The translations under genes were made by a program, and so were the position numbers. A stretch of 46,250 nt of DNA, from assembly GCA_046483565.1 (NCBI GenBank), contig JAWOCZ010000066.1, positions 1 to 46,250 of the forward strand. Reading direction: 5' to 3'. This DNA comes from Nitriliruptoraceae bacterium (lineage in GTDB: Bacteria; Actinomycetota; Nitriliruptoria; Nitriliruptorales; Nitriliruptoraceae). Below the pieces are notes generated by a model. That model worked only from the letters and a program-made list of their open reading frames with translations, did no database searches and was not told the DNA's origin. How positions within the stretch are numbered: position 1 is the first letter of the stretch; every line of letters begins with the position of its first letter. Positions 25,015 to 34,823 of this stretch are shown here, in pieces.

Positions 25015-25554
25015 ATGGACAACGACACGCTGGAGAGCGATCCACGGTGGCTGTCGGAGGACGGCCTGGCAGCCGTCCGCGGGCAGGTCCCGATGGTCTA
25101 CGTCGAGGCGGTCCCCGTTCGGGTCGATCACCTGGGACGCATCACCAAGGTCGGTCTCCTGCTGCGCGCCCAGTCGGACGGCGCGATCTCCCGGGCCGTG
25201 GTCTCCGGTCGCGTGCTGTACGGCGAGACGTTGCGTGATGCGCTGTGGCGACACCTGAACAAGGACCTGGGCCCGGAAGCGGGACCGCAGCTGCCGGCGG
25301 GGGTCGCGCCGTTCACGGTCGCCGAGTACTTCCCGGATCCGGAGCGCACCGGCTTCCACGATCCGCGCCAGCACGCGGTGGCGCTCGGCTACCTGGTGCC
25401 CTGTGACGGCGAGTGCGCTCCCGCGCAGGACGCCCTCGACCTCGCCTGGGTGTCACCGGCCGAAGCGCTCGACCCCTCCATCGCAGGTGAGCTGTCCTCG
25501 GGCCACGGGCGGCTGGTGCGCCGTGCCCTGGCCTTCGCGGGCCAGCTGCCCTGA
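25015..25554 (+). CDS. NUDIX-fold-like protein (resembles the actinobacterial DUF4916 family). Function unknown.
   Basis: 179-aa ORF with protein-like composition. Family assignment is from memory of the general pattern, and no canonical Nudix box GX5EX7REUXEEXGU was seen. Confidence 0.5.
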   Translation: MDNDTLESDPRWLSEDGLAAVRGQVPMVYVEAVPVRVDHLGRITKVGLLLRAQSDGAISRAVVSGRVLYGETLRDALWRHLNKDLGPEAGPQLPAGVAPFTVAEYFPDPERTGFHDPRQHAVALGYLVPCDGECAPAQDALDLAWVSPAEALDPSIAGELSSGHGRLVRRALAFAGQLP

Positions 25555-25595
25555 GCACACGCACGCGACCCGCTCGGAGCCTCGGAGCACCGGCA

Positions 25596-25913
25596 TCAGG
25601 TGAACAGCAGCAGCACCAGGCCCGCGAGGGAGAGGACGACCACCCCCGCCACGCTGGCGCGGGCGGCCAGCGACAGCCCCGTCAGCTCGTCGTCGTCCTC
25701 GAACCATCGACGTCGCGAGGCGCCCCCCGCGGAGGCCTCCATCAGTCCCCCCAACGAGACGACCACCAGTCCGGCGCACAGTGCGGCCACCAGAGGCGCG
25801 TCGCGGACGACCGCGATGCGCACCATCGCGGCCGACGCGGTCGCGGCCGCCAGCCCCGTCCGTCGCCACGCCAGGCTGGTGCGCTCCGGCTGCAACCCCG
25901 GATCGGTGCTCAC
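25596..25913 (-). CDS. DUF202 (YidH-like) small membrane protein, second of a pair
   Basis: PERTSLAWRRTGLA motif followed by two hydrophobic helices. GTG at 25913 overlaps the upstream stop (GTGA). Confidence 0.7.
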   Translation of the reverse strand: MSTDPGLQPERTSLAWRRTGLAAATASAAMVRIAVVRDAPLVAALCAGLVVVSLGGLMEASAGGASRRRWFEDDDELTGLSLAARASVAGVVVLSLAGLVLLLFT

Positions 25914-26278
25914 GTGCCCACTCCCACCAGGGCGATGGCGCCGATCAGGGCGAGACCGACGATCGCCATGAGGACGACCACCGTGCCCACACCCGCAGGC
26001 AGCGGCTCGTGGCGACGCAGCGCCCGCTCGACCCGCTGCCACTGGACGTAACCCAGCGTCGCCGCCAGGCCGCCACCCAGGAAGGCGAGGCTGGCCGCCA
26101 CGTCGACCAGCCAGGCCGGCGAGATCAGCTCCGACAGGCCCACCAGGGCCACACCGGCGACGACCAGCGCCAACGCGGTCCGTAGCCACGCGAGGAGCGT
26201 CCGCTCGTTGGCGAGGGTGAACCGAGGATCCGGTTCGTCACCGACCCCGAAGACGCGGCGCGGGCGGCGGCTCTGCAC
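25910..26278 (-). CDS. DUF202 (YidH-like) small membrane protein, first of a pair
   Basis: NERTLLAWLRTALAL motif followed by TM helices. 122 aa. Confidence 0.8.
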   Translation of the reverse strand: MQSRRPRRVFGVGDEPDPRFTLANERTLLAWLRTALALVVAGVALVGLSELISPAWLVDVAASLAFLGGGLAATLGYVQWQRVERALRRHEPLPAGVGTVVVLMAIVGLALIGAIALVGVGT

Positions 26279-26371
26279 CTGTTCAGCTCCTGCTCGATGG
26301 GTGCCCGACGCTAGCCCCGGACGCCACGTCAGCGGGCGAAGGCTCGGTCCCGATACGGCCCGGCGGCGCGG

Positions 26372-27817
26372 TCAACGGTGCTCGGCGCTCCCCCGGGCAG
26401 CCGCCTCTTGGACCAGCCGTACGGCCCGCTCCACGTTGGCGGGCGTGGTGCGGTGCGAGAGGACGGCCAACCGGAGGGTGACACGGCCCTCGATCACCGT
26501 GCTCGAGAGCCGGACGTGTCCGTCGCTGTTGATCGCGGCGAGCGCGGCATCCTGGGCGGCATCGTTCCCGGCGACACGGAAGGTGAGGATCGACAGATCG
26601 GGGCGGGCCACCACCTCGATGTTCTCGTCCTCGTCCAACCGGTCGGCGGCCCATCGCGCCAGGTCCAGCGCCTGGTCCAGCGCAGCCGCGAAGGCCGCGG
26701 TGCCGTGCAGCGTCAACGGCAGCCACAGTCGCAGACCGCGCCACTCACGGGTGAGCTCCGGTCCGAGCGCACTGAAGTCCGGGAGGGCGTCGGGGTCGTC
26801 GTCGTGGTCACGCAGGTAGTCCGCGTCCTCGGCGAAGGTGCGCGCGAGGGCATCCCGGTCGCGTACCAGGAGGGCTCCGGTGCCGAAGGGCAGGAACAAC
26901 GACTTGTGCGGATCGAGGGTGATCGAGTCGGCCCGCTCGATCCCGGCCAGGCGTTGGCGGCCGCGTGCGGTGAGCTGGAAGAACCCGCCGTAGGCGGCGT
27001 CGACGTGGAACCACACCCCGGCTTCCTCTGCGAGGTCGGCCAGCGCGTGCAGCGGGTCCACCGCACCGGCGTTGGTGGTCCCGGCGGCACCGACGATCGC
27101 CACGGGCAACAGCCCGTCGGCCAGGTCCTGCTTGATCGCGATCCGGACCGCCTCGACGTCGAGGCGGAGCCCATCGTCGGAGTCGCAGACCCGCACGTGG
27201 TCGCCACGGAGCCCGGCGATCCGGGCGGCCTTGCGGACCGAGGCGTGGGCGTGGTGGCCCACGTAGATGCAGGCACGATCAGCTGCCCCGGCCGCGTGCT
27301 CCTCGCGCGCCGCCACGATCGCGGTCAGGTTGGCCGCCGACCCACCGGACAGCAACAGCCCCTGGGCGGTGGCGGGCAGCGCGAACAGCTCGGTCAACCA
27401 GCGCAGGACGCCCTGCTCCAGCGCCACCGCGGCCGGGGTGAAGCCGGCCAGGCCGGTGTAGCGGTTCGCGACGCCGGCCAGCAGGTCGGCGACCGAGGCG
27501 GCCAGCAGACCGGAACCGGGGATGTAGGCGAGCTCGCCCGGGGCCGCGTTGTCGGTCCCGGTGGCAAGGACCGAGCGGAGCGTCGCCAGCGCCTCGTCGA
27601 CCCCCGAGGGTCCCGCGGCCGGTCGCGCGTCGAGCAGGGTCCGGGCGAGCGCGTCACCGCGGGGATGCCCGAGCACCTGCCGGTCCTGCGCCCCCGACAC
27701 CAGTTCGGTGACCAGACCGGTCACGGCCGCGAGCAGCGCCGAGGTCTCCGCCGCGGGGGGGTCGAACGCGGACAGCGTCGCCGGCGGCGCAGCATCGGCC
27801 GATCGCTTCGATGTCAT
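26372..27817 (-). CDS. Pyridoxal-phosphate-dependent group II amino-acid decarboxylase
   Basis: HVDAAYGGFF and the SITLDPHKSLFLPFGTG PLP-lysine motif. ATG at 27817 with GGAGGAGG upstream. Confidence 0.85.
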   Translation of the reverse strand: MTSKRSADAAPPATLSAFDPPAAETSALLAAVTGLVTELVSGAQDRQVLGHPRGDALARTLLDARPAAGPSGVDEALATLRSVLATGTDNAAPGELAYIPGSGLLAASVADLLAGVANRYTGLAGFTPAAVALEQGVLRWLTELFALPATAQGLLLSGGSAANLTAIVAAREEHAAGAADRACIYVGHHAHASVRKAARIAGLRGDHVRVCDSDDGLRLDVEAVRIAIKQDLADGLLPVAIVGAAGTTNAGAVDPLHALADLAEEAGVWFHVDAAYGGFFQLTARGRQRLAGIERADSITLDPHKSLFLPFGTGALLVRDRDALARTFAEDADYLRDHDDDPDALPDFSALGPELTREWRGLRLWLPLTLHGTAAFAAALDQALDLARWAADRLDEDENIEVVARPDLSILTFRVAGNDAAQDAALAAINSDGHVRLSSTVIEGRVTLRLAVLSHRTTPANVERAVRLVQEAAARGSAEHR

Positions 27818-28012
27818 CCTGTCCTCCTCCCGGTCGCTCGCACCCGACGGCGCCTGTCCCGCCCGCGAGATCCCCGGGGGTGTATCGGCGCCGTCCGCAC
27901 GGTAGAGCATGGAGCAGAACGTCGTGTTACTGGACGAGTTGTGCGACACTTCGCTCACTCAGAACGGAAATCTCTGACAGAACGCGCACGGACTGGCGGC
28001 AGGAGCACGAAC

Positions 28013-28483
28013 ATGTCGGACACGACGGATGCCGTCGATCACGCGCTGCTCGCCGCGCTGCGCGACGACGGCCGGCGGTCCATCACCGCCCTCGCGGAGC
28101 ACCTGCACCTGTCCCGCAGTGCCATCCATGCCCGGCTGGACCGGCTCGAGGAGATCGGTGCCCTCAAGGGGTTCGCGCCCGTCGTCGACCCTGCCAAGCT
28201 CGGCGGCGCCATCGCGGCGTTCGTGCTGCTGTCCGCCGGTCCGGGCTCCCGGCTGGAGCTCGAGCCGTTGCGTGAGCAGCTGCACGCGCTCCCCCACGTG
28301 GAGTACGCGGCGCTGGTCACCGGCGAGGCCGACGTGCTGCTGCTGGTCCGCGCCGAGGGGCTGGACGAGCTCCGGAGCTTCCTGCTCGAGGACCTGCGCC
28401 GGGTGACCGGGCTCCGGGGCACCCTGACCCTGCTCGTGCTCGACGAGGTCATCCGTCGCCCGTTCCTGCTGCCCGGCGAGTGA
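28013..28483 (+). CDS. Lrp/AsnC family transcriptional regulator
   Basis: N-terminal HTH (LLAALRDDGRRSITALAEHLHLSRSAIHARLDRLEE) plus a RAM-like C-terminal domain. ATG with GGAG upstream. Divergent from the decarboxylase gene. Confidence 0.9.
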   Translation: MSDTTDAVDHALLAALRDDGRRSITALAEHLHLSRSAIHARLDRLEEIGALKGFAPVVDPAKLGGAIAAFVLLSAGPGSRLELEPLREQLHALPHVEYAALVTGEADVLLLVRAEGLDELRSFLLEDLRRVTGLRGTLTLLVLDEVIRRPFLLPGE

Positions 28484-28529
28484 GCGCGGCCACGCCCAAG
28501 CCAACGCACCGCGGCGGCGAGGCACCGTG

Positions 28530-30089
28530 CTAGGCGCCCACGCCCTCGCCGGCGGGCGGCAGCAGGACCCCGGGGTTCAGCCGGCCGTCGGGATCGAGCG
28601 TGCGCGCGACCGCCCGCATCGCGGCGACGTCCGCTCGGCTGCGCACCCGCGTCACCCACCGACGCTTCTGCACCCCGACACCGTGTTCGCCGGCAGGGGT
28701 CCCGCCGGCCTCGACCACCGCGGTCAGCACCGCGTCCTCCACCGTCGCCTCGCGATCGTCGGGCACACCCAGCAGGTTGACGTGCAGGTCACCCACCCCG
28801 AGGTGACCGAACACCACCACCTCGATCCCGGCGCCGGCGACCGCGGCGAGCACGCCCGGAAGGCCATCGAGGAAGGCACCGATGGCCGCCAGCGGCAGGA
28901 CGACGTCCAGCTTGCGCACCCGGCCACGCATCGCCAGCGCGTCGGTGTGGGACTCACGCAGCTGCCACAGCGACGCCCGATCCGACGCCTCCAGCCCGAG
29001 GGCGACGTCGAGCACCCCGGGGAGATCAGGGACCACCGTCCCGAGGACCGCTGCCAGCCGCTCCCCGAGCCCGGGACGATCCGCTGCCGTTGCAGCCGGC
29101 CTGCCATCGACCGGTGTCGCGGTGCCCTGGCTGCCCGCTGGGTCTCCGTGCCCGGGGACCGGGTCGGTGGCGACCTCGAGCAGCACGGCGTAGGGCGGGC
29201 TCGGGACGAAGGGGGCACGCTGTCCGGTGGCCGCGACGACCAGGTCGAGGCCCGTCGCGGTGACCAGCTCGCTGGCCTCCAGCCGCCCGAACGCCGACTC
29301 GACGGCCCCCTGGATCGTGATCGCGGTGTCCACGTCCTCGGTCCCGACCAGCGCGACGGCACGCTCGATCGGCGGTGTGACCAACCGCAGGCGGGCGGCG
29401 GTGATCACCCCGAGGGTGCCCTCGCTGCCGACGAACAGCGCGGCCGGGTCATCGCCGATCCGGTCGTCGGCCGCACCCGTGCCCTGGTCGATCACCGTCC
29501 CGTCGGCGAGCACGACCGTCAGCTCCAGGACCTGCGCCCGCGTGCTGCCGTAGCGCACGACCCGGATGCCGCCGGCGTCGGTGGCGATGGTGCCCCCGAC
29601 GGTGGCGCTGTCGCGGGCCGCGAGGTCGACCCCGTAGGCCAGTCCGGCCGCAGCGGCGTGGGCGTGCAGCGCGGCCAGCGTCGCCCCCGCTCCCACGACG
29701 ACCTCCCGCGCGGCGACGTCGACCGGGCCGAGGTGGTCCAGCCGCGTCAGCGAGACCACCACCTCGCCGCCCCGGGGGACGCTGCCACCCACCAGCCCCG
29801 TGTTGCCGCCCTGGGGCACGACCGCCGCACCGTGGGCGGCGCACGCGCGCAGCACCCCCGCCACCTCGCCGGTGTCGGCGGGCCGCACCACCGCCCGGGC
29901 GTGACCGGTCCATCGGCCGGTCCAGTCCGTGACGTACGCCGCGCAGGTGGCGGCCTCGGTCAGCACCTGACCCGGTCCGACGACGCGGGTGAGGGCGGTC
30001 ACCAGCGGATCGCCGACCGCGTCGGCACCGCCGGCCTCGTCGCGTCCTCCCACGCCCTCGTCGCGTCCTCCCACGCCCTCGTCGCCCAT
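28530..30089 (-). CDS. FAD-linked oxidase (GlcD / D-lactate dehydrogenase-like)
   Basis: FAD-binding PCMH-type N-domain (VVPQGGNTGLVGGSVP) and a C-terminal GEHGVG motif. ATG at 30089 with GAGGAGGGGG upstream. Confidence 0.85.
   Translation of the reverse strand: MGDEGVGGRDEGVGGRDEAGGADAVGDPLVTALTRVVGPGQVLTEAATCAAYVTDWTGRWTGHARAVVRPADTGEVAGVLRACAAHGAAVVPQGGNTGLVGGSVPRGGEVVVSLTRLDHLGPVDVAAREVVVGAGATLAALHAHAAAAGLAYGVDLAARDSATVGGTIATDAGGIRVVRYGSTRAQVLELTVVLADGTVIDQGTGAADDRIGDDPAALFVGSEGTLGVITAARLRLVTPPIERAVALVGTEDVDTAITIQGAVESAFGRLEASELVTATGLDLVVAATGQRAPFVPSPPYAVLLEVATDPVPGHGDPAGSQGTATPVDGRPAATAADRPGLGERLAAVLGTVVPDLPGVLDVALGLEASDRASLWQLRESHTDALAMRGRVRKLDVVLPLAAIGAFLDGLPGVLAAVAGAGIEVVVFGHLGVGDLHVNLLGVPDDREATVEDAVLTAVVEAGGTPAGEHGVGVQKRRWVTRVRSRADVAAMRAVARTLDPDGRLNPGVLLPPAGEGVGA
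30036..30085. repeat. 21-nt tandem repeat, about 2.4 copies, at the extreme 5-prime end of the FAD oxidase gene. Encodes DEGVGGR DEGVGGR.
   Basis: ctcgtcgcgtcctcccacgcc at 30036..30056 and 30057..30077, with a partial third copy to 30085. Confidence 0.95.
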
Positions 30090-30100
30090 GGTCCCCCTCC

Positions 30101-31330
30101 TCAGGCGGTCAGGCGATCGACCGCATCGTCGAGCAGGAACCAGCCGAGATCCGTGCACCGCAACCGACCGCAGGCGATCTCCACGAGCCCCGCCGACAGC
30201 GCGTCCTCCAGCGCCAGGGGATCGATCGGCGGGACGTCGTTGGGGTGGAGCCCCTCGCGCACCCGCAGCCCGAGGAACAGCCGCTCGGTGGCCCGCTGCC
30301 CGTCGTCGAGCACCTCGCTGCCCGCCAGCGGCGTGGGACCCTCGCTCCAGGGCGCGGCGCCGGCGGACTCGACGGCGTGGACGTAGCGCGGGGTGCTCCG
30401 GGCGCTCCACCAGCGCCGGCCGTCGAGGTGTCCGTGCGCACCGGCCCCGACGCCGAGGTAGTCCCCGTGCCGCCAGTACAGCAGGTTGTGGCGGCTGCGG
30501 TGCCGGCTGCCACGGGCGAGGTTGGCGACCTCGTAGTGCTCGAACCCGCCCGCCCCGAGCACCCGTCCGAGGCTCGCGAAGCGCTCGGCCTGCACGTCCT
30601 CGTCCACCGCCGGGAGCTGGCCGCGGTCGACCCGGCGGCCGAACGGCGTCCCGGGGTGGATCGTGAGCGCGTAGGCCGACACGTGCTCCACGTCGGCCAA
30701 CAGCACCCGGGCGAGCGTCTCCTCCCACTGTGCGGTGGTCTCCCCCGGCGTGCCGTACATCAGATCGAGGCTGAGGTGGTCGATGCCGGCGTCGCGGGCC
30801 AGCTCGACCGCCCGCAGCGGGCCCTCGGGACCGTGCTCCCGCTCGAGCGTCGCGAGCACCTGCGGGGTGAAGGACTGGGCCCCGATCGACAGGCGGTCCA
30901 CGCCGACCTCGCGCAACGCCGCGAACAGCTGCGGTGAGGCCGTCTCCGGGTTGGCCTCGACCGTCACCTCGACGTTGGCAGCCAGATCGAGCTCCCGCCC
31001 GACGGCGGCGATGACCGTCGTCAGCTGTTCGGGGGCCAGCAACGTCGGGGTCCCCCCACCGATGAACACGCTGGTGACCTCGGGCCAGCCGTCGTCGGCA
31101 GGGTCGGCACCTGCCGGGGCGTGCGCGCTCCGGCCGGCGGCGACCTGCCGCGCGAGGTCGGCGGTGAGCGCGGCCACGTACCGCCGCTCGAGCTCCTCGC
31201 GACGCTCACGGTCGAGCCCGCCGACCCCCGCGACCGCGAAGTCGCAGTAACCGCAGCGGTGGTGACAGAAGGGCACGTGCAGGTAGACGCCGAACCCCGC
31301 CGCCGGGCCGCTCTCGACGGGCGAGGTCAA
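30101..31330 (-). CDS. hemW: Radical SAM heme chaperone HemW (HemN-like, oxygen-independent coproporphyrinogen oxidase family)
   Basis: HVPFCHHRCGYCDF CxxxCxxC motif. 409 aa. The apparent start is TTG at 31330. Confidence 0.9.
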   Translation of the reverse strand: MTSPVESGPAAGFGVYLHVPFCHHRCGYCDFAVAGVGGLDRERREELERRYVAALTADLARQVAAGRSAHAPAGADPADDGWPEVTSVFIGGGTPTLLAPEQLTTVIAAVGRELDLAANVEVTVEANPETASPQLFAALREVGVDRLSIGAQSFTPQVLATLEREHGPEGPLRAVELARDAGIDHLSLDLMYGTPGETTAQWEETLARVLLADVEHVSAYALTIHPGTPFGRRVDRGQLPAVDEDVQAERFASLGRVLGAGGFEHYEVANLARGSRHRSRHNLLYWRHGDYLGVGAGAHGHLDGRRWWSARSTPRYVHAVESAGAAPWSEGPTPLAGSEVLDDGQRATERLFLGLRVREGLHPNDVPPIDPLALEDALSAGLVEIACGRLRCTDLGWFLLDDAVDRLTA

Positions 31331-31377
31331 CCAGGCCCGTCGCTGACGGCTCGCCAGGGCCGCCGTGGGCCCGGGAC

Positions 31378-32043
31378 TCAGAACGAGTCCCAGGGATCCA
31401 CCGCCAGCCGGCTGCGCACCTCCTCCACCACCTCGTCGTCGGCGGTGGCGGCCAGCAGCCGGGCGGGGAAGCGCGACACCTCGTGGAGCGCCCGCATCCG
31501 GTGGCAGCCGTCGACGAGCAGGAACAGCGCCGCCTCACCCTCGGACAGCTCCTCGCCCATGCGCTTCATCTCGTCATCGTCGATCCCGAAGTCGCGCAGC
31601 TTGGCGAACAGGCCACCCGCCGCGGCACCCAGTGCCCCGCCGACCAGCGGGCCGCCGGGCCCGAGGAACAGCCCCGCCAGGATGCCGATCCACGCACCAC
31701 CGACCGCGCCCTGGGACGGTGAGACATCCTTGGTCTGGGTGATCCGGACCTTGCCGCGGACCTTCGCGACGATCGCGGCGTCCTCGAGCTTGAGGTGCTC
31801 ACGGGCGACGAGCCGCATCGCCGCCAGCAGTGCCTCCTGGGCCCGCAACGAGGAGTCGAAGACGAAGGCCCACAGGTCGGCGTCGGAACCCTCCGGCACC
31901 GCGCGGGCGTGGGCGACGACCGCCTCCTCGTCCGCGGTGAGCACGTCCTGCGCTTCGGCGCGGACGAGCTGCTCGTCCGATGCCTCGACCTGCGGATCGG
32001 CGGCCGACGATCCGGGCTGCTCCGATGGATCCCTGTCGCTCAC
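31378..32043 (-). CDS. DUF1269-family membrane protein (glycine-zipper segment)
   Basis: GAVGGAWIGILAGLFLGPGGPLVGGALGAAAGGLFAKL glycine zipper. GTG with GAGGAGG upstream. Confidence 0.8.
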   Translation of the reverse strand: MSDRDPSEQPGSSAADPQVEASDEQLVRAEAQDVLTADEEAVVAHARAVPEGSDADLWAFVFDSSLRAQEALLAAMRLVAREHLKLEDAAIVAKVRGKVRITQTKDVSPSQGAVGGAWIGILAGLFLGPGGPLVGGALGAAAGGLFAKLRDFGIDDDEMKRMGEELSEGEAALFLLVDGCHRMRALHEVSRFPARLLAATADDEVVEEVRSRLAVDPWDSF

Positions 32044-32100
32044 GTGAGCCTCCTCGTGGGCGCCCTCGTCGTCGGGCGCCGTCGTCGGTGAGACTAACGG

Positions 32101-33954
32101 TCAGTCGCTGCTGGCTGCGCCGGAGCGCAGCGCGGAGACGAACGCCTCCTGGGGCACCTCGACCGAGCCCACGGACTTCATCTTCTTCTTGCCTTCCTTC
32201 TGCTTCTCCAGCAGTTTCCGCTTGCGCGAGACGTCACCGCCGTAGCACTTGGCCAGCACGTCCTTGCGCTTGGCCTTGATCGTCTCCCGGGCGATGATCT
32301 TGGACCCGATCGCGGCCTGGACCGGGACGTCGAACAGCTGGCGTGGGATCAGCTCCTTGAGCTTCTCGGTCATCGCCTTGCCGAAGGCGTAGGCCTCGTC
32401 ACGATGGACGATCGAGCTGAAGGCGTCCACCGGTTCGCCGTTGAGCAGCAGGTCCACCCGCACCAGGTCGGCGACGATGTACTCGCCACGTTCGTAGTCG
32501 AGCGAGGCGTACCCACGCGTGCGGGACTTCAGCTGGTCGAAGAAGTCGGTGATGATCCCGGCCAGCGGCAGCTCGTAGCGCAGCTCCACCCGCTCCTCGC
32601 TGAGGTAGTCCATGGCCAGCATGGTCCCGCGCCGGCTCTCACACAGCTGCATGACCGGGCCGACGTAGGTCGTCGGCGTGAGGATCATCGCCTTGACCGT
32701 GGGCTCGCGGATCTCCGCGATGCGGCTGGGCTCGGGGAGCTCCTGGGGGTTGGCCACCGCGACCACCCGGGGCTTGCCCGTCGCGTCGTCGAGCACCCCT
32801 TCCAGCGTGACCCGGTAGCGCACGCTCGGCGCGGTGGTCACCAGCGGGATGTCGAACTCCCGGTCGAGTCGTTCGGTGACGATCTCGAGGTGGAGCATGC
32901 CGAGGAAGCCGCACCGGAAGCCGAAGCCGAGCGCCGCGGAGGTCTCCGGCTCGAAGCTGAAGGAGGCGTCGTTGAGCCGCAGCTTGTCGAGCGCGTCGCG
33001 CAGCTGCGGGAAATCGTCGGAGTCGACCGGGTACAGCCCGGAGAAGACCATCGGCAGCGGCTCCCGGTACCCGGGTAGGGCGGGCACGGTGCGCGACCCC
33101 CGACCGGCCAGCGTGATCGTGTCCCCGACCTTGGCCTGGCTGACCTCCTTGATGGCCGCTGACAACACGCCCACCTCGCCGACCTCGAGCGCCCCGATCG
33201 GGGTCTCCTCGGGCGCATGGACCCCGAGGTCGTCGATCTCGCCCTCGAACCCCGTGGCCAGCAGGCGGATCCGGTCGCCGGGCTCGAGCCTGCCGTCCAC
33301 GACGCGGAAGTAGACCAGCGTGCCCCGGTAGGGGTCGTACATGGAGTCGAAGATCAACGCCCGGGTCGGCCCCTCGGGGTCGCCCTGCGGCGGCGGTACC
33401 CGGTCGACGATCGCATCCATGACCGCGGCCACGCCCTCGCCGGTCTTGGCGGAGATGCGCAGGACCTCCTCGGGCTCGCCGCCGATGATCGCCGCGATCT
33501 CGCGCGCCACCTCCTCGGGGCGGGCGGCGGGCAGGTCGATCTTGTTCATGACCGGGATGATCTCGAGGTCGGCCTCCAGGGCGAGGTAGAGGTTCGCGAT
33601 CGTCTGCGCCTCCATGCCCTGCGCGGCGTCCACGAGCAGTACCGCCCCTTCGCAGGCGTTCAGCGCCCGGGACACCTCGTAGGAGAAGTCGACGTGCCCG
33701 GGGGTGTCGATCAGGTTCAGCAGGTACTCGTCCGCCACGTCGCCCAACGGCTTGTAGGGCAGCCGAGCCGTCTGTGCCTTGATGGTGATCCCGCGCTCGC
33801 GCTCGATGTCCATCTTGTCGAGGTACTTGGCCCGCATGTGCCGCTCGTCGACCAGTTCGGTCAGCTGCAGCATCCGGTCGGCGAGGGTCGACTTCCCGTG
33901 GTCGACATGCGCCACGATGCAGAAGTTGCGGATGCGCTCGGTGCGGTAGGTCAC
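32101..33954 (-). CDS. lepA: Elongation factor 4 (LepA)
   Basis: [21 protein letters not shown]1 motif, [13 protein letters not shown], and the LepA-specific C-terminal region. GTG at 33954. The upstream part of the maximal ORF is junk. Confidence 0.95.
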   Translation of the reverse strand: MTYRTERIRNFCIVAHVDHGKSTLADRMLQLTELVDERHMRAKYLDKMDIERERGITIKAQTARLPYKPLGDVADEYLLNLIDTPGHVDFSYEVSRALNACEGAVLLVDAAQGMEAQTIANLYLALEADLEIIPVMNKIDLPAARPEEVAREIAAIIGGEPEEVLRISAKTGEGVAAVMDAIVDRVPPPQGDPEGPTRALIFDSMYDPYRGTLVYFRVVDGRLEPGDRIRLLATGFEGEIDDLGVHAPEETPIGALEVGEVGVLSAAIKEVSQAKVGDTITLAGRGSRTVPALPGYREPLPMVFSGLYPVDSDDFPQLRDALDKLRLNDASFSFEPETSAALGFGFRCGFLGMLHLEIVTERLDREFDIPLVTTAPSVRYRVTLEGVLDDATGKPRVVAVANPQELPEPSRIAEIREPTVKAMILTPTTYVGPVMQLCESRRGTMLAMDYLSEERVELRYELPLAGIITDFFDQLKSRTRGYASLDYERGEYIVADLVRVDLLLNGEPVDAFSSIVHRDEAYAFGKAMTEKLKELIPRQLFDVPVQAAIGSKIIARETIKAKRKDVLAKCYGGDVSRKRKLLEKQKEGKKKMKSVGSVEVPQEAFVSALRSGAASSD

Positions 33955-34221
33955 GGCGCGGTCGGGCCTTCCACGTCCGACAGGGACGCACAGCGGGCGA
34001 GGCTGCGGAGCTCGGTGCGACGGGACCGGGTCCGCGAGCGGGGAAGTGAGCGTATCCGTGCCTGGTCCCGCGCCGTGGCGCCGGGACCGGGCGTCGGCCG
34101 GGAGGTGGTTCCCGCGCGCCGCCACGCGCCCCTTGGCCCGGCACGGCATGGTGGCCGGTTGCCGCGGTAGCGACGCCGCTGGTACCGTTCACCTCCGCCG
34201 TCCCCGCGCGGCCCGGTCCTC

Positions 34222-34311
34222 GTGCTGCACGAGCCCTGTGTGCTGCACAAGCCCTGCGTGCTGCACAAGCCCTGTGTGCTGCACGAGCCCTGTGTGCTGC
34301 ACAAGCCCTGT
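34222..34311. repeat. Five head-to-tail copies of an 18-nt unit gtgctgcac[g/a]agccctg[t/c] in the lepA/rpsT divergent intergenic region
   Basis: Copies at 34222, 34240, 34258, 34276 and 34294. Only two variable positions. Each unit contains the near-palindrome GTGC-T-GCAC. Confidence 0.95.
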
Positions 34312-34413
34312 CATCTGCTCCCGCCACGAGCCTTCCGTCACTAGCCTCGTGTCACGAGCCCACGCACCCGGTGCCGCAGCCCCGGCTGCCGTAGCCCAAG
34401 GAACGATCACCGC

Positions 34414-34674
34414 ATGGCGAACATCCAGTCCCAGATGAAGCGCAACCGTCAGAACGAGACCCGGCGGATGCGCAACAAGCGTGTGCGCTCGGCGCTGAAG
34501 ACCGACGTGCGTCGCTTCCGCGAGGCCGCCGGGGCTGGTGACAAGGACGCTGCCACGGCCGCGTACCAGGTCGCCGCGCGGTCGCTGGACAAGGCCGCGA
34601 GCAAGGGCATCGTCCACCGCAACGCCGCTGCCAACCGCAAGTCCGGGATGGCCAAGCAGCTCGCCGACCTCTGA
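34414..34674 (+). CDS. rpsT: 30S ribosomal protein S20
   Basis: [30 protein letters not shown], 86 aa, with AAGGAA upstream. Confidence 0.95.
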   Translation: MANIQSQMKRNRQNETRRMRNKRVRSALKTDVRRFREAAGAGDKDAATAAYQVAARSLDKAASKGIVHRNAAANRKSGMAKQLADL

Positions 34675-34711
34675 TCCGTCCCGGTCCCCGGACCGACGGT
34701 CGACGAGGTTC

Positions 34712-34733
34712 ATGGCGCCCCGAGGGGCGCCAT
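34712..34733 (+). terminator. Perfect GC-rich palindrome ATGGCGCCCC-GA-GGGGCGCCAT about 38 nt after the rpsT stop. Probable intrinsic terminator.
   Basis: Inverted repeat read directly. Followed by the weakly U-containing cgtcgtgtcc. Confidence 0.6.
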
Positions 34734-34823
34734 CGTCGTGTCCGCGCCCGACCGGCCGTCCCCGTCACCCGCGCTGCGGCCTAGGGTCGTCGACAGACGT
34801 GCAGCACGACGACGGGCGGTGAC

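Noticed and set aside
34222-34311. The 18-nt x5 array as a CRISPR array or as coding repeats.
   Set aside because: The units are directly abutting with no spacers and are far shorter than CRISPR repeats. All six-frame translations through it (for example CCTSPV or TGLVQH repeats) belong to junk ORFs that overlap the lepA/rpsT regulatory region.
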